From Spironucleus salmonicida (Eukaryota): 64,000 bases of DNA. The notes under the pieces are model-generated. The model saw only the letters and a program-made list of their open reading frames with translations. It made no database searches and was not told the DNA's origin. The DNA is taken from NCBI RefSeq assembly GCF_000497125.1, contig NC_090603.1:1-64000 (forward strand), in the 5' to 3' direction. The position numbers and the translations under genes are program-made. Positions 28,147 to 42,164 of this stretch are shown in pieces. The stretch's first letter is position 1. Each line of letters opens with the position of its first letter.

Positions 28147-30267
28147 ACAATATTCACTGTAATATCTACCTTCTACTATTTCTAGACGGTTTATGCATGT
28201 TATTGGCCAGTTTTCATCCTGGAAGAATCAATAAGGACTATCGTAGGGTATCATTTTTCTCATCTTGTATGACTTTATTTTTTATAGTTACTGGGAATAT
28301 ATAGACCATAGAAGTCTCCTTTAGATCAATTTTTTCAGAATAATGTATGAAAATTATTATCCACCACTGCTTATTTTCCCCTTAGAAAAAAGCATAATGC
28401 ATTATGAAAGTATCTTTAAATTAAACAGATGTATCAATATATTATGAATCGATAAGAGCTATCTGGTTATTGTATGCCTTGATTATTAAAGAATTAGATA
28501 TTTTTAAATAATTTAAATATATTACTATTTAATTTTAATAATATATCTACGTTTCGTTTTCATTAATTTTGAATTATATTTATTTAAATATAATATATAT
28601 TCAATAATAATATTTAAAAATAATAATTAAGTATAACTCAAAACAATATTTAATTAACTTCAATGATAAAATAACCTAAATTTAATAAAGATTAAAACCA
28701 CATTAATTTAGCATAACAATTTAAATTAAAGTTCTTGTTATATATTAGCAATAACCATATTTTCAAGATGTTAATTTATAAAAGCCTAATTGAAAAAATT
28801 ATAATTTATATTGTTGTTTATGGGTCTCAAACTGTGATAATAATTGATACTTAGTATTTGTAATATTTATATTTTATCAATATATTTTACTATTATCAAT
28901 TATAATGTTTACTAATAATATTTCAATATTTTCAATTACTAATTAACATTTGATTCGTTTACAACTACATTATAATCAAGAAAAGAATCTTTAACTCTAT
29001 ATTCTGCTATCTATATTCCCTGCTTAAATATATATTAAAAAACTAGGAATTCTTATTACAATCACTCAAAAAAGATTAGCATCATATTTGATTTTTAAAT
29101 CAATCATAGTAAACAATAACATTTAATATTAAATATAAATATTATTTTTTTTAACATTTTAAAACTCATTGTTTATTTACTTGTTTAAAATATAAAATTT
29201 ACTATTCATATACATGTTTATACATAAAATAAGTAATACTTTAACTATCTTAATACATACGATCTTAGTATAATTAGTACTGTTATTCATCTTATTTAGC
29301 TAATTTTTCATTTTCCAAAATTATAATCATTTATTCACTCATTCTTATATATTTTATTACATATAATTACTAAATATAAACACTTATACCAGTCATGTAA
29401 ATTCAATAAATGTAAACTGAGTTGTTTTTCTATTCTGTATTGCTCTAAAAATCTTGTGTTAATTGAAATAATTAGCCTCATCACTATGGATATTATGTAT
29501 ATATATGTAAATATCCAATACTTTGTCTAAATTATATATGTTAACAACTTTGTCATATCGAAAAACTAACCATTCCATGAACTGTCACCACAGAGTTGAT
29601 CTGTAAAGTGATATTATCTCTGGGACTACTGATAATGTAGATATATTTGGATATAATGGATTGTGATGGAACGTTTTCAAACATAATTGATGTGGATATA
29701 GTAGCTCTGATTAGTGTAATATCCAAAATTGTTATCATAAGAAGAGTAGCCATATCTTTTGGTTTGGGTCATATAATAAATTATTAGAATTAAATGATAT
29801 ATGTACTTAATGACATTATACCTGTACCAAATTGAATTTCTAATTTCCGTCCGTTTTAAGATGAATTGGATCTATATTAGAAGTAAAAATGTTTTGCTTC
29901 TTTTCCAAAAAAATGTAGTAGTATGTATTTAGTACGTATTACATACTACTAATATATTTATAATACTAATAAAGTTATTCTTTTTATTTGTTCAAGAAAA
30001 AATAATATTACTTATACAACATCATACGGCTTATAAATGTGGTTGTCTTGCTTGAGATAACAATCATAATGTATGTTATGATATAGACTTATATTTTAAA
30101 TTAAAATATTCAATCATTAGTTAGCAAAACGCATCTGATTATTCAAAAATAATGTGAATATTATTTTCATTGACATTTTATTCAGAGACCCTAGTTGATA
30201 CTGAAAAAACTTGAGTATAAAAATTTGTTGAGATAGATGCTGCTTATTAGTATTAATAGAATGTTGA

Positions 30268-33204
30268 TACGTCACATATCGTGAGATTCTTAATTTTCAT
30301 AATACTTATGGTAAAATATAATATATCTTACGCATCGAACTAGAAAAATAGAGATACTGCCTAGATTGCACTCAAGGAAACTGCTTTTTGACTGAGAATG
30401 GACCACTGTGCACGAAGTATGCCCTGGGCCTTATTGGTATATAGTGCGACTCATGCGCTGAAGGTTTCGTGCGAGACTAGGCTAAATACTGGCCAAAGGT
30501 GGGGCAAAACGATTGTTATCTAGATGAACTGTAAGCGCTAATCTGCGTTGGCTGTGCGGCAGACTACCTGCTCATCGGCAGTTCGTGCCTCGAAAAGTGC
30601 ACGCTGCCAGAGTGCACCGGGCGCTGCTACATGCTACCAAACGACTACAAGTGCCTCGACTGCTTTCCAAATTTTGTGCTTTACGAAGAAAAGTGCTACA
30701 AGCAGGACTCGAACCCCCACGGGGTGTGTTTTACGACAGAAACCGAAAAAATCTGCTCCTGCTACGAAGGCTACAAAGGACCAACTTGCGGCGAGTGCAC
30801 CAGGCTGTAGCTACGAGATTCGTGCTATATTGATGCAAATATTCCCACTGGAGACTGCTTTCAGAATGCCGCAGACCCCTCCGATCTGTTCTGCAGCGTT
30901 TGTGCTGCGAACTTCGCCCTACCGCTCTGCGACAAGTGTGCGGAGGGCTACGAGACTGATTTTTCAGGAGTCTGTTAAGGCTGCTCGTCTGGGTATTTCA
31001 GCTCAAACTTGCTCCCAGACGACCAAAAACTCTAAATTGGAGAGGAACTCTGCCTCATGGCATGCTAAAGCTGCAGCTACGGCGTCTGCTTCTACTCTGG
31101 AAGTAGGATAGTTTGCGCGAGCTGCCAGATCGGCTATAATCTACAGGATTCGTGTTAAACGTGCGATACCGGCTTTCTGAGTTTCGGAGTATCTTGCATT
31201 TAGCAAGTTAACGACTCCTGCGGGTCAGATTGGGATGGAAATATTTACTGCTTCGAGTGTGGTAATTTGCAGCAGTCTTTTAACTGCTAACAGTGCTCAG
31301 TTCAGTTCAATTTCCAGGGTGTTTGCAAACAGCACACGAGCAATTTCGCCGATTCATGCGCGCTTGAGGGTTCCAATATAGTATGCGCAGACGGAAATTG
31401 CAGGAAGTTTGACAAGCTAAAAAATATGTGCGTGGAGTGCGATAGCACGTTGGTGAACATTAAGGGAAATTGTGGTGTTCTGACGGTTCCATAGAATGGG
31501 CAGCTGCGGGGCCGGTGCATTGCGTCAGTATAGCGTTTCTGGTGCGATTAGTGCGATGAAGGATGGAGTGGAAATGTGTGCTGTGAGTGCGCGAAAGGCT
31601 ACATGCCGTGCAAATGCACGAGTGGGCTATTTGCGCTCTGCTGCTGCAAAGTCGGGCTAGGACTGAACGGAGTGTGCTATAGCAATGAGGCTGGCTGTGC
31701 AATTTGCGTTTCTTGCAGCTCTAGGCACCAACTTAGTAATTAAGAATGCGTTAAAATTGGTCTGACCAAGCAGTAGGTGCTTAGTTTTATTGTTCCTGCT
31801 TCACTAGTATTACTAGTTTTACTTGCTTTAATGTTAATTGTATTTTTAATTGGGAAGGAAAAGCGAAAATGTTTATAGATTTTTGTAAAAAAGCTGGTTA
31901 AGCGCCTCGGAATTCACCTTATATTCGTCATACTATCATAAATTTTAGCTGTCATAGTAGCTATATAGGATGTCTATATAGATGATTTTTTCATGCAAAC
32001 AGCGGTTAGCATATTCTCGATGCTGCCATTTGCCTTGCTATTCGTGTTTTTAGCACCTCCAGTATACAAGAGGTACTTTTTTAACATGGTGTCTCATTTT
32101 TATTTGTTTATTCTGGCAGCCGCTATCTAGGTTTCGTTTAATGCTGTTTAGTACCTAGCTGTAACAGATATTGTCTAAGACTTTGGAGAACAGATCTATA
32201 AACTAGCAGGTCCCCAAATAACGCTATTATTGTGCATATTTCTCGCAAGATTCAGATTCAAACCCCAACAGAAGCTAGCCCTGTTCATAGGCTTAGGGCT
32301 TCCGCTAGCAACATAAATATATTATGCGATCTAGGATTCTATGGCAGCTGGGTACTTTACTGGATCATCGGCAGGAAATGCTATCATAGGCCAAGCTATG
32401 GTTCTTCTAGCTATAATATTAAGCGGTACGTAATTTTATGTATTTGATTTGATTCTCGGACGATATGGCGAGGTGGGCGCTATTTACAGAATTTCGCTTT
32501 CGTCTTTCTGCATTAATGCAGTCGTTGGATTGTTATACCCTGGTGAAATATTAACTGCGATTCTTTAGTATGACATATTTTTCTCCAGCTTGCTCACCTA
32601 AATGTTATTTAACGTGGTCAATATTATAGTAATGATGCGAATATCGGCAGTTGAGTTTTCGATAAACCTAATCTCATCAGCAATTTGGGCACAGTTTATA
32701 GCAGCAGTAGGGGATTATTATTATTCATAAAATAATAACTACCTCAGTACGCCCATTCATGTTATTTTCCAAACTTTTGCTTTAGTTATTGTTTTTGTTA
32801 GTTTAACCTACTTTAATATCAGAAGCTCTTACTGGTATCATAGAAAGAATGTGAGGTAGGCAAAAGAGCTAGAAACTGAAGTCAGTGGAGTTATGCCCTT
32901 CATTAAAACCGCAATACTGAAGAAAAAGGATCGATCATAGACGGAATCTGACTAATTTAATGATAACGTGGAAAGCTCCACATCCTAGATGAGACGAAAC
33001 ATAATGAATCTCGATGGAAATTTGCCAAGAAAAGGTACAGGGAAACCATTTCTTATCAGCAAAAACAACGTATTAGATAGCAATGAACTTTTTGGAACAA
33101 AATAATATAAATCTCAACAAAATTCACAGAAATTGTTTACTGGTATAGATTCCAAGCTTTAGCTGGCTTCCTTTGAGATACGCTAGCCAAATCCTGTGGA
33201 GTGA
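30268..33204 (+). CDS. Cysteine-rich (CXXC/EGF-laminin-like) ectodomain + TM helix + multi-pass DMT/SLC35-like transporter domain; start codon uncertain
   Basis: Open stop to stop in table 6 (~978 codons): CXXC/CXC-rich to ~31750, TM VLSFIVPASLVLLVLLALMLIVFLI, then about 9-10 hydrophobic segments (FNAVQYLAV..EQIYKLAGPQITLLLCIFL..RF; GQAMVLLAIILSGTQFYVFDLIL; RISAVEFSI), a polar tail and a GAGTGA stop. First in-frame ATG is at 30631, so the 5' end may be eroded. Confidence 0.78.
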
Positions 33205-33889
33205 CAAATTCGTATCGTAAATCTCTTCTCCACATAAATGCATTTTCAATATAAAGTGTATATTATATAATGATAGTATTAATTTAATTGAATAATATAT
33301 TAATGATATTAGATTCATTCTGTTATTTTCCTTCTTACTTGTAGTTATGATTTATGATATTAAATAATTAGTTTTATATAATATTATACTTTATTTGTTA
33401 TTTATCGTATAAATTATTTAATAGAGTTGAATTCATATCTTCTAACTTATAATTATGACATCATTATTTTATTACAAATAGAAGTTATTAATTTTTGCTG
33501 TGAACAATCTTTGATATTGTATGAAGAGGGTTAAGAAAATATTAATATATATAATATGTTAATATATTTTTTACATAATTTTAAATAAAATTGCCTACTA
33601 TTATAACTATTTGCAGATAACTGAAATCTTTAAATTACTGAGTACCTTTCAAAAGATTTTCTATTTTTTACATTAAGCTATCTTTATATGTGATATTAAA
33701 GTAATTAATTATTGTCTTATGCATTACATTTTATAGTTAGAGGTATTTATTATTATAATAATTAAATGACTAGTTTTTAGTTTTTGGGCCAATTTTAATA
33801 TGTAAGTTATAGTTTTAGTTATAATATTTAAAAACAGCGAAATAATGTTTTGCTGATTAACTAATATAATATTTATCATAATCTTCAAA

Positions 33890-34516
33890 ATGGCTGAGCA
33901 TAATAGCAATAAGCAAGTAAATAACGCAGATACCAAGTGTATTAGACATACCGACTGTTCTAGTTAAAAGAAAGGATATTGTGATGGAAATACCCTAACG
34001 TGCAAACTATGCTAGAAGAATTGTTTTGTCTGTTAATCCACAGCTTCGTGCAATTCCTGTGATTCTGCTACCTACGTAACAACAATAACAGGTGAATGCA
34101 CCCCAATTTGTCCTGGTCTCCAATATAATTAATTTTGTGAGAATGGAAAACCTAAAGCTTGCACAGAAGGAGTCACCTCGCCTTGCAAATGTGGAGTAAG
34201 TAGTAACTGTGGGACCTGCACAGATGGTGTTATGCCAACATGTGCTACTTGTCTAATAGGCATGCAGATGGACGATGCTGGCCGCTGTATGGATTGTGCT
34301 GAAGGATATAAAAAATTTGTCGGAAGGTGCTGGCCTAATTAACCAGAGGATCCAAATATCCCAGCTCCACCGGTTGCTCCGGTGGACCCCGAGGCCCCGG
34401 CCAGCAACAAGCTAGGTGGTGGGGCAGTGACCGGAATTGTCATCGGTGTGATTCTTGTCGTTGGCGCCGTTGCTGGCGGTCTTGCTTATTATTTTATCAA
34501 GAGGGGTAAGAAGTGA
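33890..34516 (+). CDS. Cysteine-rich membrane protein 1 (CRMP1, VSP-like), copy A, 208 aa
   Basis: [10 protein letters not shown]... CXXC-rich, Pro-rich stalk, [31 protein letters not shown], tail KRGKK, stop in AAGTGA. Confidence 0.93.
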
Positions 34517-34766
34517 TATATATTATATATTAATGCATAATAATTTTTGAATTTGAGATGACAGAATTCAATTTGAATAATAATATAAAATACTATTTAA
34601 CGTATATAATAATAGATCTAAGTAAAACCTACAAAAATAAAAATAAAATTACCTAATTATAACGCAAAATGAACAAAAGCTTCTATTTCGATAATTTTAT
34701 TCAGTTGCTACACATTGACTGTTCTTCGACACAATATCACTCACACCAAAACTATTCCAATGTAAT

Positions 34767-36806
34767 TCAGTAATTATGCTCACTTTAATCTCTCATTTAC
34801 GGACTACTTGCCCTTATTTTAAGTGCCTACCCCTACGTTACCTCACCTGAAACCAATCCCTCGATATTTTTCTTATTCTTTTTAACCTTTTTTACAACAA
34901 AAATTCCAACTCCAATGCTCAGCATGATAATAACCAAAACAGCCACTACGATCCCCACTGTTTTTCCAACACTTTTGTTGCTACACCCAGAAAGCTCCTA
35001 ATTCTCGCTACAGACCTTGCAGACCCCATTAACCGCCATCGCTCCGTTAACGCAAACACTGCACTAATTCGAGTCATACTCCTTGCAGTTATCTACTATC
35101 TTCCCTTAAAAAGCACACGCCTCTCCAAGTTTTAACTTTGAGCAGCTGATGCATTTCCCGTCCTGTAAAAACATTCCATCGGCGCACATCTAGCAGGCAT
35201 CACCTACGCATTTTATGCAATTTTTGATAGTTTTGGACCCGCACTAGCAGGATACATCCATTGGCTGACCAGTTTTGCAGGTTTCACATTTAGTTTAGAA
35301 CAAAAACTTGCCCGACTCGCACGCTGTGCAAGCTTTAGCATCTGAGCGGCATGTAGAGCAGGTTTTATCACATTTTCTACAAAACCTAGTAGCATCAGGA
35401 TCCGATGTCGGACAAAACTCGTTAGGCTTGCACTCTGCATCATCACGGCAGGGGTCTTTCTTACAGTCTCCATTAATTGACGAGTAACCCTTTATGCAGG
35501 TCCTGCATGTGTTATTGTCGCACTGCGCACAGTTGGTTTTTTTCGTGTTGCCGCACTGGCAACTTGAGCCAATTGGCATTGATTTGGAGCAGTATTGGCA
35601 GGTATTTTATGCTGTAATAAAATATGAATTTTCGCACACCAAACACGAGCCCCTCATGTTGGCCTAAAGACAGTTTTGAGACAACTGTGAACAATTGTTT
35701 TGAGCATTGATGTAAAAACCAGAAGCGCACTTTAAGCATCTACCTGTAGGATGGGCCAAAAGACAGTTTTCAGATAATTTTGCGCAACCATGTTTTTCCG
35801 TTAAATAGTTCCCTGAAAAGCACTTAGTGCATTTGTTCGATTATTCGGTACACGTTTCACATGATTTATCACATTTGGTACACTAATTAAAAATGTTAGT
35901 ATGGGACTGACAGTATTCCCCACTGATGCATTAAGTATCTATCGTACACTCGTTGTAAAGACATTATCCTTTGACTGTGGCTTAATCGTGGATGCAGCGA
36001 AAACAGCCAGTTGTAGAACATCTGCTACAATTAGCAATTAATTTGCCTGCACAATGGCATTCGCTACGGCTTGGCATATCATTATTGCAAGGCTTACATG
36101 TACCGTCCTCTGCAGTATAATAACCTTCGTTACAGAGAGAACAATAGTCAGCACGGATACATTTCTGACAATTATCCATGCATCCGTAACATTATCCCGA
36201 TCTATATTTATTATCATCACAATATTAACCCTCTAAACAATCGTTCTACTTGGTGCAAGTAGGTTTACATGCCTAATTCACTAGAATGTAATTTTTAGCA
36301 CAGGTCTAACAATCATTATTATAACACTATGCGCACCCTTCTTGCATTGTATAACGACATACACATCGGGAACCTCTTGGCATATCCTTCGAGCAGCTGA
36401 GGCATTTATTGTCAGCTGATAAATAGTAATCAGAAGGGCACTAAATACATTCTGTAGCAGAAATGCAACTCTCGCATGGCGAAATGCATTTTTTACAAGA
36501 GCCATTCTCAAGGTAATATCCCCCATCACACAAAGTACATTCAGTGGATGAATCACAGTAGTAACAATTGTCGCTACACTTTTCACATTTATCACCATTA
36601 ATATAATAGTTTTATATGCAATCTTCACACTTATCCCCGTTACATTCCTTGCAGGAAGGTTGAAGAGTGTTATTGCATTTACACTTTGCATTACTAGGCA
36701 TATCGAACCTGCATTCCAAACAGTATTAGGAAAAGTATCCCACATTCGGTGGACAGTAATACCCATTGGAGCAGTCATTCTTGCCGGACCAGCATGTACC
36801 GCTCAT
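34767..36806 (-). CDS. Cysteine-rich membrane protein (CRMP2-like), copy A, ~679 aa
   Basis: MSGTCWSGKNDCSNGYYCPP... repeated CXC/CXXC modules; supplied fragments 35982-36179 and 35295-35579 are in frame; TM TVGIVVAVLVIIMLSIGVGIFVV followed by KKVKKNKK and a short tail. Confidence 0.9.
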
Positions 36807-39462
36807 TTTGTGATAGGTAAAATTAGATTTAATTGAAAGTTATAGGATAATATGAATGTTAGAAAATTTTAATTATATTAATATCGGATGAAATCCTGTA
36901 TTAAATATGATTAAAAACTGAGTACATCGCCTCAGAATGCTAGTTTTTTAATAGTTTTTTAATAATGAAGTGTGTAGATGCAATAGAATAATAATTATAT
37001 TGGTTATTTATGTTTGGCTGATTAATAATCTTATTAAATGACAGTTAAGTAGTTATTTATTATAGTGTATTAATTCGTATATAGAAACTGATCCTCTCTA
37101 AAATTCATAATAATAAATATAAATGAATAGTAAAAACTAAATTAGTTATATACAATGATTAGTCTTAGCTAAATATAATATATTAAAAAAAATTAATATA
37201 CCTATATGTTATAAGCTCTTAATATATGAGTTATTTATAATTCTATTTATAGCAGCACATATTAAAACTTTATATTTGGTTATTAAATACATCCATATAA
37301 ATCTATTTTAATATTACTAATAATATCCTATTTGTAACTTATTATTTGATTTAATTTTATACCCATTTTATAACTATTAACAACTAATCCATTCAAATAA
37401 TATTATAATAATAAATATGATAAATAAATCTGAATCTGCTAACTTTTATAATTCATACTATGTTTTCTTGTATTAATAGCAGTTTGCTAATATTAATTGT
37501 GAATAAATTAATATAGATGATTTTAATAATACATTACAATAATGTTATCAACGAAAATAATGTAGTGTGACTTACTAAATAATAACCAATATCTAGAGAA
37601 TATTAAAGATGATTATAATTTTATATATTAATTATTATATAATAAATATAATCTAATTTAAATAGTAACGAGATTACTAAATTAAAAAATATTAATATGA
37701 ATCTATTAACACATTGCATCTGACTAACTATTAATTAAACATAATAAAAATATCATGAACTAGTTTATTTTTTTGGCATTAATAATTTCTTTATTATGTA
37801 TATCACCCTTTTATTAAATATATTGAACCTTGCTACCTCTTAGTGACGTTAATATGCATTATGCACGTTTATAATAATCATTTTTTATAATAATAAAATA
37901 CTCATATTTAGTGAAATTTATCTCTTAATAATTATATGGCTACAGCTTATTTCGCATGGAAATAGAAAAAGAGACAATATCATCAGACTTTAATTATCCA
38001 AACACTTATATTTTCTGTTAATATTCTCGAAAAATATTCCTTCTAGAATCCCTTGTTGCAATTGATTGAAAGTGCAATATTAAACTAACAATTACCAAAT
38101 ATCTGATATGCTACTGATAAATTACTCTATATAGTACTTAAGCTACCATAGTTGTAGATAATAAACTTCCATAAATCTATAACCATTGTATCGTGATTCT
38201 ATTAAAGCTTTCAGTATTATGATGCTCGCATAGTATTTATAATAAATATGAAAAAATAATATGCATCGTATTTAAACAATGTAAGATATCTTCAAATCTA
38301 GTCATCCTCTTGATTATGATATATTAGTACAAACTTTTGCAGTATTCACGGTAAGTATCTAGTTTAGTAAACTAGTGTCGTATTTATTTAAGTATATAAA
38401 TAGGGACAGAAATGAGTTCCATCCCAAGATATCAATATACCGATACCAAATTATATTCATGCAGATTGTATTAGGTTACCAAATTCTACGCTCACGTTTA
38501 TTTTCAAACTTTCAGACAAATTTTGCATTTACTCTATTTTTATACATACATATTTTACTTTATTAAAACTAATATTTTTCTCTTTCATTTTAAAATTAAT
38601 TATTAATATTATATATTTACCATAAATTTCACAAAAATATGAAATCTGACCTTCGCGAAATGAGGTCCGACCCAACTCTACAAAACTAAACAAACTACAA
38701 CTTTAAGTTATTCGATATCCATAATAACTATCACTATCACCCCTCACATCCATGATTCATCAAATCTTCCTTACCAAACTTTGTCCCAAGAATCCAAAAT
38801 GCAATTCCTGTAATAATTACCAGATGTATATCTCGTTTTGTATCATAAATTATTAGATTCATGTTGTACAAATATGATCTGCTTACTGATAGATCGTATA
38901 ATAAGGCATATAAGTCGTACTGAAAACCGCCAATTTCAGAGTCATGATAATTAAGGGCTGGAATTGGTAGATCTTTTGTTTTGGTAACAATTGCTTATTA
39001 ATAAATCAGGATTTGTAGTCAATTGAATTTTTATATATGGTACATCTTATTTTCATAAATTTACGTTATTATTGTCTAATTTATATAGAGTATAGGTTTT
39101 GGCATATTATTGACAACTAAAATAAGTTTACTTAATTCATCTCGAATATAATAGTATCCTGTATAGTCTAGCAAATCATACTGAAAATATTTATTTGCTT
39201 AATAGTAAATATACATTTAAAATATGACTTGTAAGAATACTAAAATGTATATAAGTGTTAAGTTCCTAGTAATTGGCTTGTTAACCTAGCTGCTAACATT
39301 TAAATGCCATATATGTGTTCATAATAATTTTTATAATTATTATATTTCTTACTGAACCTTATTTCTGTGCTATTTCATTATTATAAATAATAAGATACTA
39401 ATTCTAAAAATAACTTACGCATTTCTGTTGTTAATATAATACCTATTTTTCCATTTCAGTAT

Positions 39463-40433
39463 ATGACAGGAACCTGCTCTGCTTCAGCTAATAACTGTGC
39501 TAATTCAAATTATTGTCCTCTGCAACCCCAAACCGATACCCCATGTATCTCTTGCTCGGATAACTAGCATTTTGAGACATCATGTAAATGCACCATGAGT
39601 AAAAATCAAATACTCAATTGTGCATCTTGCGATGGTGAAAAATGTGCATCATGTATTAATTCTTTTTCTTAAGCGGCGAGTCATGTAAGTTCTGCAAGGA
39701 AACTTGTTTAAAATGTATTAGCAAGGACATATGTCAAAGATGCGTGTCTGGTATGTATGATGCATTAATAATGTGTACAACATGTAATAAAAATATTCCA
39801 ATCGATAGCAAATGTCAGTGCGGAACTAACTTAATTGCGAATTGTGCTTAATGCGACTTTGATGATTGTATAAAATGCAGTAATAACTACAAATTGGTAA
39901 ATGGTGTTTGTTTGCCAGATCAATGTTAAACTGACTCATAGTGCTCCAATTTATAATTTTGTGACATTAGTACTACATAAATCAACGTTTGCAAATAATG
40001 CTCCAAAATCTGTAAAACATGTTCAAATATTGAAACATCATGTACATCTTGCAATATTGACTAATTTTTATATAATAATGCATGCAGTCCTTGTAATACA
40101 GCTGCGATTGTTGGTTTCCAATGCTATTGTTAAAATATGGTGATTGAAAACTGTTCTAAATGCGGAGCAGTAGGTTGGTAGTCTTGCTTAATGCCTCGTA
40201 GATTAATAGATGGAGAGTGTATCAACGGTTTAATATCACCAGAAGACTGCTAAATAGTTGTATCTACTAATATTATTATATATATCGTAGTAGGAGTAAT
40301 ATCAGCATCAATTTTGGTTATTGGAATAGTAATTATAACCTTAGTTATGAAAAGACGTAAATTAAGGTCACTTTTGGAAATGAACATTGATGCATTAGGA
40401 AAGAAAAATAATTCAAGTACATTGTTGTTTTGA
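39463..40433 (+). pseudogene. Cysteine-rich membrane protein with a single -1 frameshift, copy A
   Basis: MTGTCSASANNCANSNYCP...CASCINSF then a frame change in the T-run at ~39663-39670 to LSGESCKFCKETCLKC...; TM IIIYIVVGVISASILVIGIVIITLVM-KRRK; span 971 nt = 3n+2. Confidence 0.82.
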
Positions 40434-42135
40434 ACATTAAGCTATGTGCGCATAATTGATTTAATAAAACTAAAGAGAAATAAATATGAAATGTGAATAT
40501 AAGGTTTTGGATAAAAATGATTTAAGTATAATCAAACAGGCCAAGGTAATAACTTAAATATTTATAATTACGTTATTTTGTAATAATACTTAGATAATAA
40601 TAGTTATTAGTTTATGCAAAATCTAAGTCTTCTTATTTTATAGCTAATAACAGTTACTAAGAAAGTGAAATATTTTTTATTATATAACTTAAGTTACAAA
40701 TAAATGATTAAACATCAATAAATAAGATTAGCTTCCTAAGGCAAGCACTCTACAGAATTAAATATATTTAATTATTATTTACTAAATCGTGGAAATTAGA
40801 TTTAGTATATATTTTTATTCTTATGTAAAACTATTATCATGGCTAACTAATAATTTCTAAATATATTATTCAAATCTAACTTAGTGAAATAATTATTGTA
40901 TCATAATCAATTTACCAGCATGAATCTTATTAACCGTAAATTTTACATAGCAGAATCTGCAATTGATGTATTTTATTAGCAGGAATGTGATAATATTTTA
41001 TTATCATTATTACTAACTATAAGATATCTCTTTCTTAAATTTAATATTTTTAATCGATTAAACAGTGAAGTAAAATGACAATAGTTTTATAATTCTGACG
41101 CTAGTAGTGTACATTTAAGAATTATGGAAATTATACAATTTATATATTATATCCGACTATATTATATTTTCTATATAAATTGTGATTATATTTATTACTA
41201 AAATTATATCTTAATAGTTATATAAAAGATAAAACAATATGTTGAATTTACTCCGGATTTTAACAAATTATGATTAAATTATATGTAAACCTATAAATAT
41301 ATAAAATGATATAAATTTATTATTTTAAACTTTAGTTTAATAAATATATTCCAAGAATAACATATATAAAATAAAAACACTACTGATTAACAATATCAGA
41401 ACATAATTTAAAAATAAGATGATATGACGAGTATGGATCATTGGTGATACTACAAAAATGATTTTAAACGCAAAGTTTAATAAAGATGTAACTAGTAATA
41501 TAATTCTATTAATTACATTCGAGTAATGCGGTATAACAGTATCGTTAGCTTTATGTTAAAGGTTAAAACTGTAAAAATATTTCTCAAAAAAACTAAATAA
41601 TTTATCCACACTTTTACTATAGATTATCCAGATACTGTACCTAGCATTAAATTTAAGTAAAAATATGATACTCTACTAATAATTAACATGATACCATTGA
41701 AAAAAAATAACAAATTTAGTAGTAATTCACCATTACACATCTCATAAACAATCCATTATTAGTTTCGGCAAGATATCATAATAGTATCATTAGCATTCGC
41801 GAACAATAAAATCATGGCACATTGTCAAAGCTCAAATTGGCTGTTCTACACCCTATTTAATTATAATTTACTGCTCCATCTTTGTTTCGCACCTATTTTA
41901 ACGCTATATCCCTATATTACTATTTTAATGTATTCTCAAAAACAGATTTTTTTACTAATCATCAGTTTTCCAATACCATTTAATCAATTTACCCATCATC
42001 TCAAAATTAATTTCAGCATTTCAGTCTAAACCATCTATCTAGTATTGGCGCATATCTGTGCTATTTCACTCCCAACATACTACACGCATTATTCATCTTT
42101 CCTGATAACCCTTATTTCCACTATTATTTCTCGCT

Positions 42136-42164
42136 CCCTCCCTACCTACCTCCCTACCTCCCTC
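42136..42164. repeat. Short degenerate interstitial telomere-like tract
   Basis: CCCTC CCTA CCTA CCTC CCTA CCTC CCTC, same orientation as the terminal array. Confidence 0.55.

Noticed and set aside
28150-29760. Minus-strand ORF with a hydrophobic N terminus (29553-29753)
   Set aside because: It stops at TGA after 66 aa in very AT-rich DNA; no supportable product.
36900-39400. AT-rich interval with short ORFs (e.g. ATG at 38639)
   Set aside because: Early TGA stops and no motifs; identity with the second copy reflects only the recent duplication.
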